18,217 nt of DNA from NCBI GenBank assembly GCA_016840855.1, contig JAEORO010000212.1, positions 1-18,217 on the forward strand. Reading direction: 5' to 3'. The stretch comes from Candidatus Thorarchaeota archaeon. Its GTDB lineage: Archaea; Asgardarchaeota; Thorarchaeia; Thorarchaeales; Thorarchaeaceae. Shown here in pieces: positions 7,078 through 15,726 of this stretch; position 1 is the first letter of the stretch, and each line of letters starts with the position of its first letter. Position numbers and translations under genes: made by a program. The notes under the pieces were generated by a model. The model had not been told where the DNA came from, searched no databases, and worked only from the letters and a program-made list of their open reading frames with translations.

Positions 7078-9174
7078 ATGGAGACCGTTGATTTGAGGCG
7101 TAGAACTAAGGGACTGCTGGCAATACTTGTTATTGCAGCAATTGCGATTCCATCAGTGATGTACATTTTGAACAGCATATTGAATCCTCCTCCTCCTGAA
7201 CCGCTCAATCTAGATGAGGCACCAGCTGAGATTCGAGCAATGAAAGCGGACCTTAAAGAAAAGCTATCAGAAGGAACGTTTACTTGGGATGATATGGAGA
7301 ACTTCTCGATATTCTCAAATTATGTTGCAGCTCATCATCCGGAAGCTCAAGAGATTACAAAAGATTGGGAAATTGTAGCAGTGCTTGAGGTGTTAGATTC
7401 AGGATATCTGTGGTTTACAGTTGCGAATGATGCATTGAATCTAACTGTAGAATCAGTTCCACCCGAAGATCCTGATGTAACCATAATCCTTAGTTTTGAC
7501 ACTTTGACTGAAGTATTCAGTGCCAGGACAACTGCTGCCGCTGCATTTCAACGTGGAGATGTTGATTTCGATGGGACTCTGGGGATTGCGCTTAAGATAG
7601 ACCGATTGAATACGATTTTCTCGTACACGATTATGGACGCAAAGCTCTACTACTCTTCTGGTATTATTAATTTCGTAATCACTGAGAGCATAGAAGGATC
7701 TTACACTCCAGGCTACACTCTATTTCCATGCATTGAGAGCATTATTACAAATGAATCGATGGAGACTGGGGCAATGGGTGCAGGAAAGGTACTCATTGTT
7801 GATGACCAAGGAACCATAGTGAATCAATTAGATGATTCCCAACACAGCGTTCACAAGTTCATTAATTCAACAGCAGTCATGATGGGTGGATCTGACGGGT
7901 GGATGGAGATCTGGGATTTCGTTTCTGATACTCGAGTGGAACTTGATATTCCTGCTGGGCATCATGAGTTGGACTATAATCCGATAACTGATACTTTCAT
8001 GGTATTGGAAACTGCAACCAATGGAGAATTTTGGGGCGGGTTGGAAGTTATCTATGATACCATTAGTGAATACAATTGGGATGGAGACCTTCTCTGGCAG
8101 TGGGATGCTAGAGTGCATCTTCCATTCAATTCAACACTTTACACAACCATATGTAACAATTACACCTTCAGAGGCTATACCGACTGGATGCACGCTAATA
8201 GCTTTGCCTGGGATAAGGTAGAGAATACAATATGGCTTAATGTAAGAAATCAGGACACAATCCTGAAGATTGACAAAGATAGTGGCGAGATCATTTGGAG
8301 AGCTGGTCGAAATGGTAATTTCACCATACTTGACATAAATGGTACTGAAGTGGATTCGATTTGGCATTACCCTCATAGTTTAGAGTGGATTGGTAACAAT
8401 CGATACATTTTGTTTGATAATGGTCTCTTCGATCCTGATGTTCCAACATCTATGACTCGGAATGGAACTGGAATATCTGGCTTTGTTGAGTTTGAGATTG
8501 ATGAAGAAAATCAGGAAATACGTGAAGTCTGGTCCTGGCATGCAACAAATTCAACTTACTACTTCTCCGAATCAGGAGGAGATGCAGATAGACTACCTGA
8601 TGGTAATACTCTTGGAATCTTCGCAAATCAAGCATTAGTACTTGCTCAACCTGATCCCGTCATCTTTACAGAGGTGACTCGTGATGGAGAGATTGCCTGG
8701 GAGCTTCAAGTCCGTGGTGGGAACGGTACTTACTATTGGGCTCATAGAGTCGAGAGATTCTATGAAGCACCTCTGATTGAAGTTCAGAATCAAGTCGTAG
8801 ATATTAATGCAGGTACACTATGGCTGAATATCTCAACATGGAATTGTGTGAAAGAGATGTTTTCAACAGATGGAGAGATTCGTGTCATTGTTGATGGTAC
8901 TGAGATCTACCAAGATACATTTGAGTTTCAACCTCAATGGATAGCAACGAATCTTGAGGTTTCGCTGAGTAACCTTCCAACAAACATCAGGTATATCGAA
9001 CTCCAGGTAGAGAATAATGATGGAATTCTCAAGTCAGTAGTCATCTATGGTTCCGTAAATCCACAATCGGTTGATCCTGTATTCTATGTACTCGTAGGAA
9101 TTATGGTAGCTATTCCAGTTATTATAGTGATAAGTCTGATACGAACTGGAAAAATCAAACTTAGTAGAGAGTGA
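7078..9174 (+). CDS. Membrane-anchored SCP2 (sterol-carrier) domain / arylsulfate sulfotransferase (ASST) fusion protein
   Basis: N-terminal signal-anchor plus a PPPPEP linker. SCP2-like segment LWFTVANDALNL...PDVTIILSFDTLTEVFSARTTAAAAFQRGDVDFDGTLGIALKI. ASST motifs GHHELD, DWMHANS, NVRNQDTILKID, WHYPHSL, LFDNG, GDADRLPDGNTL. Beta-rich C-terminal domain and a C-terminal TM helix. 12 NxS/T sequons counted. Confidence 0.85.
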   Translation: METVDLRRRTKGLLAILVIAAIAIPSVMYILNSILNPPPPEPLNLDEAPAEIRAMKADLKEKLSEGTFTWDDMENFSIFSNYVAAHHPEAQEITKDWEIVAVLEVLDSGYLWFTVANDALNLTVESVPPEDPDVTIILSFDTLTEVFSARTTAAAAFQRGDVDFDGTLGIALKIDRLNTIFSYTIMDAKLYYSSGIINFVITESIEGSYTPGYTLFPCIESIITNESMETGAMGAGKVLIVDDQGTIVNQLDDSQHSVHKFINSTAVMMGGSDGWMEIWDFVSDTRVELDIPAGHHELDYNPITDTFMVLETATNGEFWGGLEVIYDTISEYNWDGDLLWQWDARVHLPFNSTLYTTICNNYTFRGYTDWMHANSFAWDKVENTIWLNVRNQDTILKIDKDSGEIIWRAGRNGNFTILDINGTEVDSIWHYPHSLEWIGNNRYILFDNGLFDPDVPTSMTRNGTGISGFVEFEIDEENQEIREVWSWHATNSTYYFSESGGDADRLPDGNTLGIFANQALVLAQPDPVIFTEVTRDGEIAWELQVRGGNGTYYWAHRVERFYEAPLIEVQNQVVDINAGTLWLNISTWNCVKEMFSTDGEIRVIVDGTEIYQDTFEFQPQWIATNLEVSLSNLPTNIRYIELQVENNDGILKSVVIYGSVNPQSVDPVFYVLVGIMVAIPVIIVISLIRTGKIKLSRE

Positions 9175-9178
9175 AATA

Positions 9179-9721
9179 TTGAGTAAAGATTTCAAACTAA
9201 TCCTACCTACTCCTGAGAAACTTACGCCAATTCAGGCTCTAATACTGGTTCAATTGCTTGAAAACCCAAAATATGGTTACGAAATTCTACGCAATCTGCG
9301 AGACGCATTTCATGGGTCCTGGGAGCCGAAAACCGGAACCATATATCCTTCGCTTCAAGCTTTGGAAAAGAAGGGGTATGTTTCAAAGCGTGTTAAAGAT
9401 GAAACAACGCATTACAGTCTGAGTGAAGAAGGGAAAGAGAAGCTTAGAGAGATGAGTGATTATATGGCATTCTACTTTCTGTTCAACTCTCGCTTCATTG
9501 AATCAACTGTAGCAAATATGCCCCCTTCTTTCATACAGGAAGTCTTCATGAAAATACACCTAGCCGGAATTGATGAAATGATTCCTGAAGCTCCTATTCT
9601 GAAGGCTGTTCGAGAGCTTTCAGACAAAGACCTGAAAAGAGTTTTCCTTGAGCGGAGGAAAAAGATTCTGGAAAGAAAAATCAAACTAGTGAAAAAGGAA
9701 CTAAAAGATTTGGATGGGTAG
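9179..9721 (+). CDS. PadR-family transcriptional regulator
   Basis: LILVQLLENPKYGYEILRNL...WEPKTGTIYPSLQALEKKGYV...HYSLSEEGKEKL is the PadR wHTH signature. C-terminal coiled helix. TTG start. Confidence 0.93.
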   Translation: MSKDFKLILPTPEKLTPIQALILVQLLENPKYGYEILRNLRDAFHGSWEPKTGTIYPSLQALEKKGYVSKRVKDETTHYSLSEEGKEKLREMSDYMAFYFLFNSRFIESTVANMPPSFIQEVFMKIHLAGIDEMIPEAPILKAVRELSDKDLKRVFLERRKKILERKIKLVKKELKDLDG

Positions 9722-9730
9722 GGTGAGTAA

Positions 9731-11131
9731 ATGAACGAATATGAAATTGTCATAGTGGGAGCAGGTCCCGGAGGTTCGACTGCTGCAAAGGAAGCAGCAG
9801 AAAAGGGTCTCAAGACTATCTTCTTTGAGCGTGGAAGGACTCCAGGTGAGAAGAACTCGTCTGGTTGTGGTCTTGGTCCACGATTGTGGCGAGAATTTGA
9901 TATCATGAAGGAGATCAACTCTAAGGACTGTCCTTCAATACGAGAGGGACGTGCTGCTCGAAATTACATGGTGGATAGTGAGGGGAAAGTAACTGGTTAC
10001 ATCATGACAACACCTACATCATCTGTCGAATATGAACCAGCAAAAAGCTGGATCACTTTGAACTGTTATAGAAGTGATTTTGATCCATGGTTAGCGAAAT
10101 ACGCCGTCGAAGCAGGAGCTGAGTTAAAGACATCTACCTTAGTCACAGGTCTCTTGAAAGAAGATGGAAAAGTAGTCGGAGTTATTGATGAGAAAGGTGA
10201 GAAGTACAAGGGCTTCGTTATAGGCGCAGATGGGGCAGTTTCCATGGTGGCTCAACAATCAGGGTTGCGCCAGAGATGGGGGCAGAAACAGGTGACTCTG
10301 ACTCTTCAGTATGACTTCGAATGTTCGACATCAAAGATAGACGATGTGATGGGTGATGAAGCATTAGCTGTGTGGTGGTCAGCGACATTTCCAGCAGCAT
10401 ACCAAGTGTTCTTCAATTCTAGTTTTCATATAGGGTTTGGAAACTGGATGACTTGGTGGGACCGCAATCCTGTTCATTATCTGAACAAGGTTATCAATCT
10501 CGATTACTTCCAGCGATTAATTAGAGTTCTCGATGCCAAACCTCGAGAGTTTCAGGCTCATCTTCTACCATGGATGGGAATGCCTGTAAACACTCATACG
10601 GACAATGTGATCTTGATTGGAGATGCAGGAGGATTTCCATGTCCGCTTGAAGCCGAGGGTATCTATCCTGCTATGGTTACCGGTAGAGCTGCGATAGAGA
10701 CCGCAGCTGAAGCAATTTCAGCTTGTGACACTTCCAAGCAGTTTCTCTCTCTATATGACAAGAAATGGATGGAGACCTCTGTAGGAGAGGACTTCAAGTC
10801 CGGTCCAGAACTACAGAGCATTTGGATGGCTCTTCCATTCAGTCCAAGACAATCAATGTCCTGGTTTGTGCCATTATTCATGGAGATTTTAGGTGGGATA
10901 ATTGACTGGTCCGAAGCACATCCTGTGAGAATACGTCAGGTCGCTCGGAGAATTAAACAATACTTACCTCAATTAGTGCCTTTCATAGTGAAAGAAGTGA
11001 TTCCGCTTTTGACATCAGTCTTAGGTGAGGACCGGATGGATCTGCTGACAGATCCTGAGAAACTTCTTACTGCGATGCCAGAGATTGAAGAAGCCATTAC
11101 GAAAGCTTTCACTTCCGAGGAGGAGGATTGA
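9731..11131 (+). CDS. FAD-dependent oxidoreductase, geranylgeranyl reductase / FixC family
   Basis: Rossmann motif IVIVGAGPGGSTAA, ERGRTPGEKNSSGCG (FixC-like), RSDFDPWLAKYAVEAGA, VIGADG, and ILIGDAGGFPCPLEAEGIYPAMVTG. GGTGAG ribosome-binding site upstream. Confidence 0.9.
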   Translation: MNEYEIVIVGAGPGGSTAAKEAAEKGLKTIFFERGRTPGEKNSSGCGLGPRLWREFDIMKEINSKDCPSIREGRAARNYMVDSEGKVTGYIMTTPTSSVEYEPAKSWITLNCYRSDFDPWLAKYAVEAGAELKTSTLVTGLLKEDGKVVGVIDEKGEKYKGFVIGADGAVSMVAQQSGLRQRWGQKQVTLTLQYDFECSTSKIDDVMGDEALAVWWSATFPAAYQVFFNSSFHIGFGNWMTWWDRNPVHYLNKVINLDYFQRLIRVLDAKPREFQAHLLPWMGMPVNTHTDNVILIGDAGGFPCPLEAEGIYPAMVTGRAAIETAAEAISACDTSKQFLSLYDKKWMETSVGEDFKSGPELQSIWMALPFSPRQSMSWFVPLFMEILGGIIDWSEAHPVRIRQVARRIKQYLPQLVPFIVKEVIPLLTSVLGEDRMDLLTDPEKLLTAMPEIEEAITKAFTSEEED

Positions 11132-11406
11132 AAGAAATGAATATTGACCACAAGAAACTTGTGAACCGAGTACAGGGGACCGGCGACTTCATTAGCATAG
11201 ACAATACCAAGTGTACCCTTTGCGAACGTTGCCTAGTCATCTGTGTAATGAATCTCTGGAAAAAACGTGATGGCACAGTTTACATTGTTGAAGACTACAC
11301 CTCACAGTGTTTAGAATGCGGCGCATGTGCTCAGGTATGTGAAACCGATGCAATAGAATTCAGATTTCCTGCTGGAGGAACTGGAATAGTAATCGAGCAG
11401 GGTTAA
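11128..11406 (+). CDS. FixX-like 2x[4Fe-4S] ferredoxin
   Basis: CTLCERCLVIC and CLECGACAQVC motifs. The C-terminus IEFRFPAGGTGIVIEQG resembles the FixX tail. TTGA overlap with the GGR/FixC gene (alternative ATG at 11137). Confidence 0.9.
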   Translation: MKEMNIDHKKLVNRVQGTGDFISIDNTKCTLCERCLVICVMNLWKKRDGTVYIVEDYTSQCLECGACAQVCETDAIEFRFPAGGTGIVIEQG

Positions 11407-11422
11407 CATTGACAAAACAAGG

Positions 11423-12871
11423 ATGAGACAAACAACCATGATTACAGAAGTAGCAAAGATTGTCGGAGATGACAGAGTTTCCAACAAGCAAGAGATACTT
11501 GAGGAATATTCTGGTGATTTCAATCCCTCATTAGTCGTCTGGCCAATGTCAAGTGATGAGGTTGTTGAGATTCTGACATGGGCCAACTTAAATTCAGTAC
11601 CTATTATTCCAGTGAGTTCTGGACTCCCAAGAAGGAGAGGTTCCTCAGTACCAAAAGTAGACAATGCAGTAATTGTTGACCTTAGTAGGATGAAAAAAAT
11701 CCTAAGGATAGATTCGAAGAATAAAGTGGTAATGGTCGAACCTGGAGTTACATTTGGTCAGTTGATTCCTGAGCTCAAAAAGAATGGACTTCGACCACTA
11801 ATGCCCCTCCTTCCTAAAGCAACAAAGTCTGTTCTGGCAAGTTGTCTTGATAGAGAACCTACAACAATTCCTCGATTTCATTGGGATCTTTCAGATCCAC
11901 TCCTCTGTACTGAAACTGTTTTTGGTACTGGTGATAAACTAAGAACTGGGTCAGCTGCGGGACCAGGTTCCTTGGATGAACAGTGGGCATCAGGTCAGGC
12001 TCAAAAGAACCCTCAAGGACCATCACAGTTTGATCCATTCCGGATTATTCAAGGTTCTCAAGGAACAATTGGAATTACATCATGGATATCAATGAAATGC
12101 GAACATCTCCCTGCTGTTCATACAATATTTCTTGCTGGATCAGAGAGCTTGGATGACCTTGAACCTTTCAACTATGCATTGCTACGAAGACGTCTCGTCG
12201 ATGAGCATTTCATACTCAATGAGGTGTGCTTGACTGCTGCTCTTGGGTCACGTAAGGAGGTTCCTGCTTGGATACTAGTACTCGGCGTTTCTGGCCATGG
12301 CTTACTATCTCAGGAGGAGTTTGAATATCGAAAAAGTGACACAATGGACATCGCCAAAGAATTCAATGTGCGACTCGATAATTCTATTGGAGATCTCAAT
12401 GGAAACGAAGTCAAGTCATTCCTAAACAGACCGAGTGCTGAATCATATTGGAAATATAACCTTCAAGGCAGTTGCAAAGAAATTTGTTTTATGACAACTC
12501 TGGACCAAGTTCAAGGACTGTTCAACGCATTCTCTGATGTAGCAACTCAGGTTGGTTTTTCAGGTGACCAAATAGGTGTTTACATCCAGCCTATGGTACA
12601 AGGGGTAACTACACATTGTACAATCGACCTCTACTATGACCCCGATAATGATCAAGAAGTGGCATCGATGACTAACCTCTTGAAAAAGGGTCAACTGAAG
12701 CTACTAGATGAAGGAGCGTTCTTCAGTAGGCCATATGGCAGCATTACTACTGCTGTGTTCGAGAAATCCTCACCTGAGATGCTAAAGGCACTTCATAGTG
12801 TCAAAAAAATCTTTGATCCCAACAATGTGATGAATCCTGGGTCTCTCAGCTTCAAGGAGGTGCCCAAATGA
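11423..12871 (+). CDS. FAD-binding oxidoreductase, VAO/PCMH (GlcD-like) family, subunit 1
   Basis: VVWPMSSDEVVEIL, PIIPVSSG, VIVDLSRMKKILRID..NKVVMVEPGVTFGQL, GSQGTIGITS, C-terminal KKIFDPNNVMNPG. The start could instead be ATG 11438. Confidence 0.92.
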   Translation: MRQTTMITEVAKIVGDDRVSNKQEILEEYSGDFNPSLVVWPMSSDEVVEILTWANLNSVPIIPVSSGLPRRRGSSVPKVDNAVIVDLSRMKKILRIDSKNKVVMVEPGVTFGQLIPELKKNGLRPLMPLLPKATKSVLASCLDREPTTIPRFHWDLSDPLLCTETVFGTGDKLRTGSAAGPGSLDEQWASGQAQKNPQGPSQFDPFRIIQGSQGTIGITSWISMKCEHLPAVHTIFLAGSESLDDLEPFNYALLRRRLVDEHFILNEVCLTAALGSRKEVPAWILVLGVSGHGLLSQEEFEYRKSDTMDIAKEFNVRLDNSIGDLNGNEVKSFLNRPSAESYWKYNLQGSCKEICFMTTLDQVQGLFNAFSDVATQVGFSGDQIGVYIQPMVQGVTTHCTIDLYYDPDNDQEVASMTNLLKKGQLKLLDEGAFFSRPYGSITTAVFEKSSPEMLKALHSVKKIFDPNNVMNPGSLSFKEVPK

Positions 12872-14139
12872 CTTTGGACCAATTTGAAGAGATGATGGAC
12901 AGCTGTGTCCGTTGTTCAAAATGCAAGTACATTCCACAGATAGCAATTAAGAGCCAACGATTCTCTCATATCTGTCCCTCCATCCAATACTACAATTTCC
13001 ACGCCTACTCTGGTGGTGGAAGGATGATAATGGCTAACGCATACCATAAAGGCAGAATCGATTGGACCCCTGAGATGCTTGATATACTCTACCAATGCAC
13101 CAATTGTGGAGGGTGCGAGGTGGCATGTAAATGGGTATATGATTTTGAGCCCAATGAAGTCATTCATGAGCTCCGAGTCAAAGCTATCGAGTCTGGCGTT
13201 GGACCTATGCCTGCGCATAGAAAGTACATAGAGCTGGTGGAGCGAAATAACAATCCCTATGGCGAGCCTATAGAGAAGAGACCTGCTTGGCTTTCTGATG
13301 ATATCGAAGTTGATGACAACTCCTCCACTCTATACTTTGTTGGCTGCACAGCCGCTTATCGCAGGGAAGAGATTGCTCTAAGTACAGCTAGGTTACTCAA
13401 TGTAGCAAATGAAAGTTTCAGTATTCTCGGCTCTGACGAGATCTGCTGTGGAAGTCCAGTCTATCGTGTAGGCGACAGCAAGAGGGCTATAGACATCATG
13501 AGAGATAATATCGAGCTCTTTAGAGAACGGGGAATAGAACGTATCATTACCAGTTGTGCAGGATGCTATAATATGCTCAAGACTGAGTATCCCCGGTTCA
13601 TAGAGCATGATTTTGAAATCATTCATACCTCACAACTCATGGGAGAGTTGCTCAAAGATGGGCGCTTGAAACCAACGAAAGAGATTCCCCTAAAGATCAC
13701 GTATCATGATCCATGTCATCTTGGTAGAATGTCTGAACCATATGAGCTCTATGAAGGGGAAAAGGTCGAACTGCTCTCTCAGGTCTACATATGGGATCCT
13801 CCAAAGCCCATTCGGCAGGGTACGCATGGTGTGTATGATGCTCCTCGAAATGTAATCAGACAACTCCCCGGAATCGAATTCATTGAGATGGAGAGGATTA
13901 GGGAATACTCCTACTGCTGTGGAGCTGGAGCTGGATGTAAGTCCGCCTATCCTGATTTTGCACTCTTTGCTGCAAATGAGCGTGTTGATGAGGCTGAGTC
14001 AACAGGTGCATATGCTCTAGTTTCAACATGTCCTTTTTGTAAGACTAACATGCAAGATGCACTGAAAACTAGGAGGAGTCCGATGGTTTTCTACGACCTG
14101 ACAGAGCTCGTCCTGAAAAGTGTGGACGGTGGTGAGTAG
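12868..14139 (+). CDS. HdrD/GlpC/GlcF-like iron-sulfur protein (4Fe-4S dicluster + two CCG domains)
   Basis: CVRCSKC...CPS and CTNCGGCEVAC. CCG domain 1: YFVGC...EICCG...TSCAGC. CCG domain 2: YHDPCHLGR...YCCGAG...STCPFC. ATGA overlap, with a GGAGGTG RBS. Confidence 0.93.
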   Translation: MTLDQFEEMMDSCVRCSKCKYIPQIAIKSQRFSHICPSIQYYNFHAYSGGGRMIMANAYHKGRIDWTPEMLDILYQCTNCGGCEVACKWVYDFEPNEVIHELRVKAIESGVGPMPAHRKYIELVERNNNPYGEPIEKRPAWLSDDIEVDDNSSTLYFVGCTAAYRREEIALSTARLLNVANESFSILGSDEICCGSPVYRVGDSKRAIDIMRDNIELFRERGIERIITSCAGCYNMLKTEYPRFIEHDFEIIHTSQLMGELLKDGRLKPTKEIPLKITYHDPCHLGRMSEPYELYEGEKVELLSQVYIWDPPKPIRQGTHGVYDAPRNVIRQLPGIEFIEMERIREYSYCCGAGAGCKSAYPDFALFAANERVDEAESTGAYALVSTCPFCKTNMQDALKTRRSPMVFYDLTELVLKSVDGGE

Positions 14140-15723
14140 ATGCTAGAGGATGATGTCTACAGTAAATTCAGTCAGGTTGTAGGTGAGCGATTTATCACAC
14201 AAGCTCCTGCAATACTTGACACATACGCTTTCCAGTGGGGATTTGAGATTGAGAGTGCGCAGAAAGGCAAAGAACCATCTAGGTTTGGTGTTAGACCAGC
14301 AGCTGTTGTTCTGCCAAGTACTACTGAGGAAGTTCAGACAATAGTTAGGATATGTAATGAACATGATGTTAAGTTCAAGGCACTCAGCACTGGTATGGGC
14401 CCTTGGGCTGGAGTGTCTCATCCCCGGTCAATCCAGATTGATCTTCGTCGAATGAATAGAATCGTTGAGATTGACTCAAAGAACATGTATGCTGTCATTG
14501 AACCATATGTGACGAATGCGGAGCTTCAAGCTGAACTTTTCAAATATGGTCTAATGCATCATGCTCAAGGTGCTGGTCCTCAAACATCGCCACTCGCGAG
14601 TCATACTGCATTTGTTGGACCAGGGTTCACATCACCATATACTGGTTTCAGCGGGAGAAACCTACTTGGAGTTGAATGGGTTCTGCCTAGTGGTGAATTG
14701 CTAAGAGTGGGTTCTTATGACTATACTGGAAAGTGGTTCAGTGGTGATGGACCTGGCTTTAGCATGAGGGGCGTTATCAGGGGTTGGATGGGATCATATG
14801 GAGGACTCGGTGTATTCACAAAAGCCGCAATCAAGCTATACTCGTGGCCTGCTCCAAAGGATTGGACTTGGGAGCTCAGTGGAACTATCCCCCACTACGA
14901 GTGGAAAGTACCACCCTTTTGGAAGATGTTTGTGTTGAACTTTCCAGAGTGGGAGAATTTCGAACCAGCTTTCTATGAAGTAAATGATCACGACGCTGTA
15001 ATGATGGCTACATGCTCTTCAGCAGAAGGACTTGCAGGTCTCTTTACAGACACGAAGATGGAGGCAATTGAAGCCATCTTTGGAGGTGTTCTCCTTCATG
15101 CTAAGCGGTTCTTTATTGTCCTAGTGACCGCACACACTGAACGGGAATTCGAGTACCGAATTAAGCTCATTAAAGCCATTATGGAGAAACATGGTGGGAA
15201 CGACCTCATCGAGGATGGTGTGATCTCACCCAGAGATGCACACTATGCTGAGTCGGTGAGGAATATGCTTGGTGGCCATGCATTCCGTTTTTCCAACTGC
15301 TTCCAGAGCACTCATGGAGGAATGGACACTATAGCACTAGCTGTGAGAATCGCTCAAGTGAATCAACCTATCAAGTTCAGGTATATCGAGAAAGGTGTCA
15401 TTGGTGACGATAGAGGAGAGGGGGTATGGACCACTGCTTATGAGGGAGGACATACAGCGCATCTGGAAGTTCCTACTGTGTACAATGCAGCATCAATTGA
15501 CTCTTGTAAGGGATACGCTGAGTACCAAGATGAGTGCAATAAAGTTGACCTTCAGCAATCTCTTGGAATGCCATTCTTTATCGTAGGTGATAAGGTGCAT
15601 GACTACTACGGTCCTCGCACAATGGATTATCCAAGATGGTTACGCAAGATCAAAGCCACATTCGACCCGAAGGGAGTTGGTGACTCTAGTCACTACATCT
15701 CTGCAGGTCAAAGAGAGGAATAA
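14140..15723 (+). CDS. FAD-binding oxidoreductase, VAO/PCMH family, subunit 2
   Basis: PAAVVLPSTTEEVQTIVRICN, KALSTG, IQIDLRRMNRIVEIDSKNMYAVIEPYVT, LLGVEWVLPSGELLRVGS, GSYGGLGVFTKAAIKL, KIKATFDPKG. GGTGAG RBS at 14131-14136. Confidence 0.92.
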   Translation: MLEDDVYSKFSQVVGERFITQAPAILDTYAFQWGFEIESAQKGKEPSRFGVRPAAVVLPSTTEEVQTIVRICNEHDVKFKALSTGMGPWAGVSHPRSIQIDLRRMNRIVEIDSKNMYAVIEPYVTNAELQAELFKYGLMHHAQGAGPQTSPLASHTAFVGPGFTSPYTGFSGRNLLGVEWVLPSGELLRVGSYDYTGKWFSGDGPGFSMRGVIRGWMGSYGGLGVFTKAAIKLYSWPAPKDWTWELSGTIPHYEWKVPPFWKMFVLNFPEWENFEPAFYEVNDHDAVMMATCSSAEGLAGLFTDTKMEAIEAIFGGVLLHAKRFFIVLVTAHTEREFEYRIKLIKAIMEKHGGNDLIEDGVISPRDAHYAESVRNMLGGHAFRFSNCFQSTHGGMDTIALAVRIAQVNQPIKFRYIEKGVIGDDRGEGVWTTAYEGGHTAHLEVPTVYNAASIDSCKGYAEYQDECNKVDLQQSLGMPFFIVGDKVHDYYGPRTMDYPRWLRKIKATFDPKGVGDSSHYISAGQREE

Positions 15724-15726
15724 AAC

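Noticed and set aside
7078-7120. Possible twin-arginine (Tat) signal DLRRRTKGLL
   Set aside because: It lacks the RRxFLK consensus. It reads better as the positive-inside flank of a Sec signal-anchor.
9150-9687. 13-nt repeat GAAAAATCAAACT near the ends of the ASST and PadR genes
   Set aside because: It encodes KIKL in both proteins, is A-rich and short, and is compatible with chance. There is no mobile-element context.
11423-15723. Calling the triad glcDEF or D-lactate dehydrogenase with gene symbols
   Set aside because: The EHG-type motif of those enzymes is absent from both flavoproteins, so only family-level assignment is supported.
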